Shown piece by piece: positions 1 to 9,915 of a stretch of 64,000 nucleotides of DNA. Position 1 is the first letter of the stretch. Each line of letters starts with the position of its first letter. The position numbers and the translations under genes are program-made. Under the pieces are notes generated by a model. The model saw nothing but the letters and a program-made list of their open reading frames with translations, searched no databases and had not been told where the DNA came from. Source of the DNA: Raja brachyura (taxonomy: Eukaryota); contig OY740804.1 in NCBI GenBank assembly GCA_963514005.1, forward strand, positions 34,472,001 to 34,536,000, in the 5' to 3' direction.

Positions 1-59
1 CTATCATGCAGCCCAATAAGAACACCAGCATGATAGATGCCCCATGAAACATGTGAGAA

Positions 60-825
60 TTTAAAACTTCTAAAGCAAGACCAAGGAGCTCATTGTGGAC
101 TTCAGGAGATCGAGAGGCAGCGCGCACAACCCCATCCATATCAACGGGATGTAGATGGAACGTATCTCCAGCTTCAGGTTCCTGGGGGTCAACATCTCCG
201 ATTACCTCTCCTGGACCCACAACACATCCTCGCTGATCAAGAAGGCTCACCAGCATCTCTTCTTCCTGAGGAGACTTAAGAAGGTCCACCTGTCTCCCCA
301 GATTCTGGTGAACTTCTACCGCTGCACCATTGGGAGCATCCTTACCAGCTGCATCACAGTATGGTATGGTAATTGCTCTGTCGCCGACCGGAAAGCTCTG
401 CAGAGGGTGATGAAGATCGCCCAACGCATCACAGGCTCCTCACTGCCCTCCATTGAGTCTGTTCATAGTAAACGATGCCTGTGCAGGGCACACAGCATCG
501 CCAGGGACAGCTCACACCCCAACCATAGACTGTTTACCCGCCTCTCATCCAGGAGACGCTACAGGTTCCTCCGCTGCCATACCAGCAGGCTCAAGAACAG
601 CTTCTTCCCTGCGACTGTCACACTTCTCAACGCTGCACCTCAATGACTGCCTGTCTCCACCCCTCACCCCGGACTATCCAATCACCAGCAAATTGCACGG
701 ATACCACTGTATATGTATATGTATTACTTGTTTATTCTTAAGTTCGCCCTTCGGAGAAACCAACTGCATTTTGTTTTCTCTGTATTGTACACTGCACAAT
801 GACAATTAAAGATTGAATTGAAAAT
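60..825 (+). mobile_element. Rex1/Babar-type LINE, 3' end (C-terminal ORF region plus 3' UTR/tail)
   Basis: ORF 155-646 reads SSFRFLGVNISDYLSW...KAHQHLFFLRRLKK...LVNFYRCTIGSILTSCITVWYGN...RKALQRV, the typical Rex1/Babar C-terminus (DUF1891-like). Tail caatgacaattaaagattgaattg near 800-822. Confidence 0.85.
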
Positions 826-1335
826 AATAAGGAATATCAGTTCTGATGGCTAAAAACGAAGGCATTACGTAGGCACTAGTTAAGTTATTAAATATTTGAA
901 CTGACGAACTTTATGTGATTGAAGTAGATTTTTTTTTCCCGGGGATGTCTTGCTCCCTCTGAGTCATCTGATGACTTGAATGAAGAGTTGTTGTGACTAC
1001 TTGTTTCGCCGTCTGATCTGCCACTTGTAACATCACAGCCTCCGTCATTGAGCCCAGCTGCATTGGGAGGTGGAAAACTCCAAGCCCCAACACCGCGTGG
1101 TTGCCCACGATGTCGCCGCACGCGCGCACATCCCATCCCCGTCAGTCATGACGTCAGCCCGCCGACCCTCTCGCCGCGCGGCAGCGAAGACGGGCGTTCG
1201 TGCGAGCCAATCAGAGCGGGCGATTCCGCGCACGCTGCGCGCGAGGTGGGCGGGACTTCCGGCACAACATTCCAAATCGATGTGGTAGGTGATCGGGCGG
1301 CCAGTCACTTGTGGAGCAGCGACTGCACGGGAGGG

Positions 1336-1404
1336 AGGAGAAGGAGAAGGAGAAGGAGAAGGGGAAGGGAAAAGGGGGAATCATTCGCATATATATATAT
1401 ATAT
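1336..1404. repeat. (GGAGAA)n purine repeat followed by (TA)n
   Basis: ggaggagaaggagaaggagaaggagaagggg... then atatatatatatata, seen directly. Confidence 0.85.
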
Positions 1405-1689
1405 AAAAACAACGACCGGGGGAGCGGGAAGAGAAAACTCTTGGGGTGATGCGAGTCGGCGTTCACGTTATAACCGTCTTTCTGACTCGTTTGTCGGAAA
1501 CCCCCCCACTTGGCAGGGATGTTTTGACGTGTCTGTGGAGGCGCAGGGACGGCAGCTGCCGTCTGTTAGCTTCCAGACGTTTCTAGAGCGGCGGCGCTAC
1601 GTCGCGCGCCCACCTCGGGCACGCGCGCGTTTGCGCGCACGCAAGCACGCCTGCCCGCGCGTGCTGGGAGCGCAGAAACAAAACAATTG

Positions 1690-2044
1690 GAGAAGGGGAA
1701 AAAAAAAGAGAGAGGCCCCGGAGAGAGTCGGAGTCGGCGCCGGGAGAGGAGAGAGAGGCCATGCGGCCTGCCTCGGGCACCCTGCCGCCTCCTTACCGCC
1801 GCCGCTGCTGCTGCTGTTGACGACCGCCGCCTGTCCTCCAACAACCCCCCTCGAACCCCATCCTCCGACACGGACGCGTCGGCTTTAAACCCCCACAGGC
1901 CGGTGGCGATCCAGGAGAAGAAGGAAGCAGGCTAGCGAGTGAGCGACATGGTGGGGTCGGGACGGGGTTGTCCGGGCCTTCTGATGGTGTCTCCGGGCGA
2001 CTGCTGGCACTGACCTCCCTCAACTCCTCCAGCACCGCAATCAG
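1690..2044 (+). other. HIPK1: Putative non-coding exon 1 of HIPK1 (start uncertain)
   Basis: Strong donor CAG|GTGAGA at 2044/2045 at the 3' edge of the CpG island, with an alternative donor CGA|GTGAGC at about 1938/1939. HIPK genes have a short first exon far upstream of exon 2. Confidence 0.45.
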
Positions 2045-4359
2045 GTGAGATTCTACTGGGATCAGGCGCCTGCACCTTTTACCTTGTGGTGGTAGTGGAG
2101 CGGCGATGGTAGGGGCTTCGTGAGATATGGGCATTTAAAGTTACGCTGTTCCCATAAATATCTTTGCTCTGAGCGTTTATAAAAACATTTTTACACAGTG
2201 GAGGGGTCGGATGTCCCACATTAAAAGTACCGCATTTGCTGACACCACCTGTGTGCTTTCTCACCCCAACACCCTTTTTACAAGAATTGCTGTGACCAGT
2301 TTGGAAAGTTATTATGGGCTTATGAAACGGCTTGTCATTTGAAATAGTCGTAAGTGGAATAAGGGTTTTTCCCGTGTGACGCCCTTTTGGAAACTGGTTA
2401 TTAGTTCGCTAGTTCATCGGATCCCAAGTCCAGTCCACTGCGACGTGCCTTTCTGCCTTTGTTTGGAGTATTGGTTTAGTTTGTGGCCCTGACGTTACTT
2501 TGGGTAATTGAATCGCCGTATCTTTTCACGCCAGATACGGATTTCTGTAACTCACTAAGCTATTGATTTTCTGGATAATGGCGTAGGTAGTGTAAATTTT
2601 TGAACCGTACTTTGTTTTTCATTCTTTATAGACCAGGGTTTTTCAGTCTACGTTCCAAGGCCAATCCATCTATAAGCACAGAGGTTGATACTTTGGTTGT
2701 AATTGTTTACACTGCATTGAGCATTCTTCTGATTACCATTTCTTTAGTCACATCCATTACTTTTGATAGTGTTCTCATTTTTGCATGGAAGCCAGATATA
2801 TTTTATTCTTTGGTTCAACGATGAATATTCAATGTCTTGAATATTTTAGCTGCTATTTTACAGGTTATCTTGACACTGATGATTCTAAGATGTTTGGAGG
2901 AAGGGGACAAGGAATGCCTGATAATCTATTGCTGTTTAGACTTGTATTGGATATGATCAACTCTATGCTAATAGAGACCATGTCGCTTTAATGTTAACAA
3001 TCCATGCTTGAATGTTGTCAATTGGGCATGAGTTGCTTATTTTATGTTTGTTTGTAAATGGATATTAATATCGAGCAACTATTTGGGAACATCTCCAGTT
3101 CTGACCTTACGATATGTCAGTCTAACAGCTGAAGCCATTTTCACCTTGGATATGGCAGCCATATTGGTACTTTAATTTATGTCTTTAATTTTTATTAAAG
3201 GTTTTCTGGAAATACATGAGATAACAAGATAGGGATATGCTAACCCTTTTGAAGGTTGAGAGAGACCTTGCTAACATTAAAGTAGGATTTCCAAGAAATA
3301 ACAAATGGTGATTTTTTTTTTGGGATGAATTGTACAATATGTGATGCGTTCATTTCAAAGAAGCAAAAGTTCTGCATTACTGTTAATTTGTCAATGTTAG
3401 GCTGACAGTGACTTAAACTGATTATTTTATTTTCCTTGCACAATTCCTGTGTGTGTATTTGTTTTGTAAAGTTGTTGCTTGAATTATTGGGTTTTTTTTT
3501 CATGTGATTATAGCAGTTTCAAGACATTGCTGTTCTGTATGCTGTTTTCAGTGTAAACCAACTTGGTTGCCACTTTTATCTGGTTGCTTGAAATATATAA
3601 TTTATTTAATGACCATGCCTCTAAGTCTAGTATAAATTGTTCTGGTTTGTTGAATGTTTACACTGTTGCATTACATTTTGCCCTTTCGATCTTTCTTAGC
3701 TGAATTTGCAAATAGATTAGTGAGCTAGAGAAGACCTTGTTTAACCAGCACTGAATGATGTTGGAATATCTTGGTTAAGGAGAAGAAAATACAGTCTTTC
3801 CACTATCACTATCGAGGGTATGTAAATGAGGGCAATGATTGCCTGTCATGTCCCTTTCAGCCAAATGACCTCAATTTTAACTATGACAGACAATTAAAGA
3901 ATGAATTATTGGGCAAAGCATGAAGAAGAACAGCCAATTGGTGAAAGTAAAGAAACAAACATGGGAGGGGAAAGGCTCCCTGCGTGCTTCTGATAAATAA
4001 CTGCAGATTGTGTTAATCCTATTGTGATTAATACTCTGTAGAACGTTTTGGGTAAGCAATTTGCAGAGGGCAAGTTATTATCAGGAAATACACCTAGTAA
4101 GCTGAGCAAGAGGACACTCTTGATGTTGCATTACTTTAAGTGATTGCAATACACCCATGATTCAATCCAGCAGCTGCAGTGATGCCTTTGGAGATTATGA
4201 TTACAGTGTCAGTTTAACTTTGTATTAGGATACGTCATTGCTTGGGTTAGCTTTTACCAGTTGAGATGAATTGCTGGGGTGGTTTGATTCTTTTAAATTG
4301 GTTAAATTTTGAGAAACTGATTTCTACACTATTAGTACATTAGGTGTAAACATTAACAA

Positions 4360-5280
4360 TTTGGTCTAGTCCAACTGCATAGGCACTACAGCCAAGAAAG
4401 CATATCGATGTCTGTACTTCCTCAGTAGGCTAAGGAAGTTTGGCATATCTCCAATCACCTCCTACAGATGCACAATGGAAAGCATCCTATCCAGATGCAT
4501 CGCAGCTTGGTACACCAATTGTTACCACAAGAAATTGCAGAGAGTTGTGAATGTGGCCCAGTCAATCATAGTTATCTCTCTTCTCCCCATCCCCAAATCA
4601 ATACCATCTAGAGCTCGTACAAAGTCAGGAAAATAGCCAATGTGTTTGAGGTCCACTCACACCCTGGTTATTCTCATTTCTATCTGGTGGAAGAATGCAC
4701 ATGCCAACAACTTTAAGAACAACTTGGGCTGCACGATAGCCTAGTGGTAGAACTACTGCCTTTCAACGTCAGAGACCCGGGTTCGATCCTGACTATGGGT
4801 GCTTGTCTGTACAGAGTTTGTACTTTCTCCCCATGACCTGCATGGGTTTTCTCTGAGATCTTTGGTTTCCTCCCACACTACAGGTTTGTGGTTTAATTGG
4901 CTTGGTGTAAAATGTCAAATTGTCCCTAGTGCGTGTAAGGTCGTGTTAATGTGCGGGGATCACTGGTCGGTGTGGACTAAGTAGGCCGAAGGGCCTACTT
5001 CCGCGCTGTATCTCTAATTTAAATTTATTTCCTGTTATTATCCAACTCTTGAATGGACCTCTCGTATGAAAAGGATGAATACCCAATCTTTCAGTTTATC
5101 TTGTGGCCCTTGCACCCTCATCTGTGCTTTCATTGTAGCTGTAACGCTACATTCTGCTTTCTGTTCATTTTCTCTTTTGCATAATCTGATATATACATAT
5201 GGTATGGTCTGTATGAATAGCATGCAAAACCATTTTTTAACTGTATTTTGGTACATATGCCAATAATAAATCAACATGAA
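4360..5280 (+). mobile_element. Degraded Rex1/Babar LINE 3' fragment, interrupted by a SINE at 4726-5025
   Basis: aagaaagcatatcgatgtctgtacttcctcagtaggctaaggaagtttggc... is homologous to the element at 60-825. It resumes after the SINE with ctcttgaatggacc and ends in a caataataaa tail. Confidence 0.7.
4726..5025 (+). mobile_element. tRNA-derived SINE (V-SINE/HE1-like)
   Basis: A box TAGCCTAGTGG 4737-4747, B box GGTTCGATCC 4780-4789, V-domain-like gagtttgtac..ttctccccatgacc..tgggttttctc..ggtttcctcccaca, and a CR1-like tail ggccgaagggcct. Confidence 0.85.
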
Positions 5281-5556
5281 TACTATTTATCAGAGCAAAT
5301 GGGGAGTGTAGGCTATAATGCTTGAAGGTGTTATTTTCCCATTGGGAATGTCAAATGGAACTTTCAAAACAATAATTAACCATTCTATGATTAGCAAAAT
5401 CATAGAACTTTTCTATTTATTATGAAGGCCTTTAGTTAGTTAAAAAAAAAATTAAGTGCATGATCCTTTTGGAGATTGGAAGGTTGAATGTAAATGCAGA
5501 ATTTGACCAGGCGTTTGGCCTACGTAATAGTAACAGATTTTGATCTAGTGCTTTTC

Positions 5557-5762
5557 TTTTTTTTGTTAATTTTTTTTATTAGTTAGAAGCAATTACATAA
5601 TTAAAAAAAAGGTGTGTGTTCATTGTTGACATAATAAAAATCATTTTGTTCTTTGCAGATATACATAATCAGTATTATTTATGTTAATCCTTGCTTAATA
5701 ATTGTGCTTCTATATTTTTTTCCATTTTTTATAAAGGTAGAAAATAGTAGAAAAAGATTAAA

Positions 5763-5818
<56 letters not shown>

Positions 5819-6755
5819 AAAGTTGGGAAAGAATGGAATATTCTACAGATTTTACATCGTTGGAGATATATCCGCGTTTTATGAAATGTACTACTTCATC
5901 TATTTGTAGATTCGGGTTTCAGTCGGGTTCTCGTGCCGAACCAGTTTGCCCCTTCAAATATTCAATAAATGGGGACCATATTTGTTTAAATAGTTCTTGT
6001 TTGTCCATTAAGACAAATCTTATTCTTTCCAAATATAGGATCTCCGACATTTCTGTGGTCCACATTTTAATTGTGGGGCTTATAGAGCCCTTCCAAAATT
6101 TTAGTATTAATTTTTTCCCAATTATTAAACTATAATTAATAAAAATGATTTGATTCGAAGTAACAAATTGATTTGGTTCCGTTATTCCTAATATTATTAA
6201 TTTTGAGTCGGGAGCCAGTTTGGTATTGACGACTTCTGAGATTATCTTAATTTCCATCCAAAAATTATTAATTTTTATCCAACTTATGAATGAGTGCAAT
6301 AGGTTAGCCTCTAAGTGTTGACATTTATCACAAATAGGGGAAACACTTGGAAAAATTCTATTCAGTTTTGTTTTTGAATAATGCAGTCTATGCAATACTT
6401 TAAATTGTATTAAAGAATGTCTAGTGTTTAACGAACAGTGATGTATATGTTGTAAGCTATCATCCCAAATTTCTGGACTAATTGTTTGACCTAATTCATT
6501 TTCCCATGGTTGCCTATATAAATCCGTCTTTGGAGCTTCGCTATCTAATAAAATACTATAAATATATGGTATCAGTTTTTTTGTGTTCGGATGTTTATTC
6601 AAACATTCATCAAATTTCTATCTTTCTAAATCTATATTCATTTGTAATTGACTTAACATAGTCTCTGATTTGTAAATATCTAAAGTAATCCTTTGATTGA
6701 AGCCCATAAATTTGTTGTAATTCCTGAAATGAGAGAAATGTATTTTTCCTATAGA
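5557..6755 (-). mobile_element. 5'-truncated L1/Tx1-clade LINE with poly(A) tail and 15-bp TSD
   Basis: ORF 5919-6602(-) has the L1 ORF2 C-terminal Cys/His motif (LIQFKVLHRLHY...CDKC...LLH). T-rich tail at 5557-5580. TSD gatctagtgcttttc 5542-5556 / gatctggtgcttttc 6756-6770. Confidence 0.85.
5767..5812. repeat. (TA)n microsatellite inside the L1 3' UTR
   Basis: Perfect run of AT dinucleotides. Confidence 0.95.
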
Positions 6756-9299
6756 GATCTGGTGCTTTTCAACTCTGAACTGAATCCTTCAGGATTTCAG
6801 AGCCATATTTAGCCTTGAGCTGCTTAGTTTTTCAACTGCATTTGTTATCTTATGTGTGAACAAAATACTTGTTGAGAAAAAATAGAATTACACCTGCAGA
6901 TCTATTTTGAAGTGTCCATTTACATAGCTAAAAATCAAACTCATTGCGCCAGTCGGATGAAGTTAACGGTTTTACGGCTGACCGAGTAAAACACTGAGTC
7001 AAAACATGAGTATTTGAATACTAATCTCCCTAATTGTGCTGGTATTTTTGTTAGATCATTAAGTAAGTGATTTAAGTACATTTAACTATATCAAGCCAGA
7101 GCAAACTTGCGTGTCTTAGCAGTGGATTGTAAACCGTTAAACTCTTCTAGTGGATATGTTGATGTTTTGCAATTGGATTGAGAATATTAGCTTTTGGTAT
7201 GTTCAACATTTCGATTGAAATGGAAACCATAGTCTGTTGGGAAGGCTGGTATCCAGCTTTAGTTTTTAGCTGTACTAATTTTAATGTTTAGATATTATCC
7301 CTGCAAGCTTTAAAGTCTACTTTGAAGACTCATCATTGGTTGAAATAAGCATGAATAAATAGGATATAAATTGTGGTTATTTGTTGATTTTCTGTCATTC
7401 TATATGAAGCATCTTTCTTTGTGAGCTTGTAGCTATGGTTGCATTTAGAAAAAGGTGCAATCTTTCATGTACATTAAAATTATCAATATTTAGAAATTCC
7501 CTGGAAGAAAATTGGGGATGTGTAATGGAAGTATCAGAACAATAAGGTGCAAGATATTTACGGTTGAAGTGGGTTATTGGGCCACTAGTGACACTAATGA
7601 TTTGGAATTTGTTCATTCAGTAAAGGTTTGCTGTGCCACTTCAGCTATTTACAGGGGCCTCTCCTCAAATTTCAATAGCACTTGAGCTCTACATTCCAAA
7701 TCTTTTCACTAATCTGAAGTGTACTGGGCAGCTTTCTTGGGTATTGGGGTTGGCTAAGAGCATGATTTGTAAGTTCACTATGGCCTTTGAGGGATTTGTT
7801 CAGCTGGGGGAAATTGCCTCTGCTGTAAAGTCTTTGCACGGGTAATTGCTTAAGGCCCTCAGTAACCTGTCAGAACCATTAAGGATATTTTTATTTGGTA
7901 CATTACAGCAAAGCATACCTGTTTCTTTGTAGTTTTTCTTTTGTTTTCTTTTTACCTGTGCTTTGAAGCACAAACATTTGTCTAACATTGGTTGCACTCC
8001 AGTTTATTACATTTCAATCTGCTATTTATCCCATTTGATTTACTCGTGTATTTGAAATGGTACCAGCATTGATTTTTGTTGGTTCCATGTGATTAATCAG
8101 GAAAATTTATAGTTGGTGTTTTTAGAGGACTAACTAACTTCTTCCATGAATCGCAAAGAGAAAAAGCATGCTGTATTTACACATTTTTGTTTAGCAAGCA
8201 CCTTTTTTCATCTTTCATCGTGAAATATTTCAATTGGCAAGTGTAATATGTGTTTTGGTTGAGCGGGTGCTTCCTTTCACAATACTTTTGTTGGGGAATA
8301 GTTGACAATATGAGAATATGGGGCATAAGTTACTTTGATAAAGATTTTTCCTTTTAATCTGGGGGGCTAAAAATTGCAGATATCAGTCATCTGATTTTGC
8401 TGATGTGCTGGATTCAAATGCACTTGGTTTATAATAATCCATTTTAACAACATTTCATTCACATGTTGATTTGCATAAAATGTGTTTCTGCCGATAATTA
8501 TTTTGAAAGCTGAAATGGCAAACCATGTGATTTTGCTAACAATTTGCAGTGCATCGTCGGAAGTAAGTTGCAGAATAATGCACCTAAAATATCTTCTGTA
8601 AAGGAAAACATAAAGAGTTCCTAAAAACCCTCAAACTTTCTAACTCTACTTAATAACTTGAAGATGGAGTCACTTCATTATTTCATCTTCTACTTGTATT
8701 TTGTTTAAGATAGCACTTTTGTATAAACTGTGCTGATGACCTAATTTAGGAGGAACTGGGTGGGAGTTGTTTATAAACTTGTTTGCGTTTAAAGCTACAT
8801 ACTAAATTTGTGCAACAACATTTATCTTTGTCATGACTTTTCAGAAGCTTTGTCAAAAGTGTATGAAATGTCTTGAAACTATTAGTTAACTAGAGGACAT
8901 TGTGCTAATCCCTAACCGTTTGGTCAGTGCTCTGTGAATACTGTCAACTGGGGATTGATAGCATTCGTTCTTGCAATGCAATGTTTAGTAATTTATTAGA
9001 ACAGGATTGAAGAATGAAAGTTAAATTGCAACAGTGACCTGATAATTGCTGATTCAGCTCCATGTTGATAGTTTCCTAATCTTCTAATTTTTTTCCTGTT
9101 TGATCCATTGTGAATTTGGGTAATTCCTTTTGTAATCTCTTGATGCTATGTTTTTGAGGGTAACATTTTTGCCACTCTGTAGTGCTAAATTGAAGAGCAG
9201 CAGCTGTAATCTTTTGGTATGACATAGAGTTAGGATTACCGCAAAAGTAATTGTGTTGGTAAAATTAAATAAATCATTTACATTTTTCATGTCTTCATA

Positions 9300-9915
9300 T
9301 CCATATACTATTAAACGTGTGTGTGTGTGTATATGTGTTTTTCTACCTTCATCAAAACGCTAAGTGTTAGAGTTGAAATTTTTACAGATTATTACTCACG
9401 TCGACACAACTCCCTTCATATTTCATGCTATAATTCAAAAGTTATTCATCATTAAAGATTTTTTAAAAGTCAAAACGGCATTTGCCGGGCCCAGTCGCAC
9501 TGAAGGTGTGGCCTCGCTCGGGTTGGAGCCAGCCCGCCACCCATGGTCTCTACCCCCTTCCCTTAGTGCCGTGCTCCATCCTCACCGCCCATCTCTCTAC
9601 CACGCACTTCCCATCGAGGACCAGTTATGGTTTGAAAATAAAACGGCAACTCTCAACACTGTGGTAAAGGAATTCGATCCCACTTACAGACATGCTGCTG
9701 ATAAAGTTATTCAAGGTCATTCTCCAACTTCGCATTCCTGACAATAGTTCAGAAACCATAGACTTCAATGCACATTGTTCAACGTAATTTTCCAACACTC
9801 GCCCATTCCCCCCCCCCCCCCCCCCCCCCCAGCGTTGCGTTGGGGGAATGGGTTGCATTTGGGGGGGGGGGGGGGACGGGCGAGTGTTGGAAAGTTACGT
9901 TGGGGGAGCAGACAC
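9300..9915 (+). mobile_element. Non-autonomous Helitron-like insertion, 3'-truncated, with an internal palindrome
   Basis: Begins A|TCCATATACTATTAAA, a Helitron-type 5' end. Its end gttgggggagcagac resembles the subterminal region of the Helitron at 43144-43945. Flanked by a 35-bp direct repeat. Confidence 0.5.

Larger units (their letters stand above)
1080..2110 (+). promoter_or_regulatory. HIPK1: CpG-island promoter of HIPK1
   Basis: Sharp GC/CpG-rich block in an AT-rich background. CRE TGACGTCA 1149-1156, CCAAT box AGCCAATCAG 1205-1214, GC box GGGCGG 1248-1253, ETS site ACTTCCGG 1255-1262, GCGC-rich NRF1-like tracts about 1600-1660. It lies upstream of HIPK1 exon 2. Confidence 0.75.

Noticed and set aside
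155-646. 163-aa ORF as a host gene (such sequences are often mislabelled ALKBH8-like)
   Set aside because: It is the Rex1/Babar LINE C-terminus, with a LINE tail and decayed paralogues elsewhere in the window.
1045-2134. Multiple overlapping ORFs of 60-199 aa
   Set aside because: Expected by chance in a stop-poor CpG island; low complexity and no recognisable domain.
4726-4800. tRNA gene (also at 23728-23805)
   Set aside because: A and B boxes are present but there is no full cloverleaf, and the sequence continues into a SINE body and tail.
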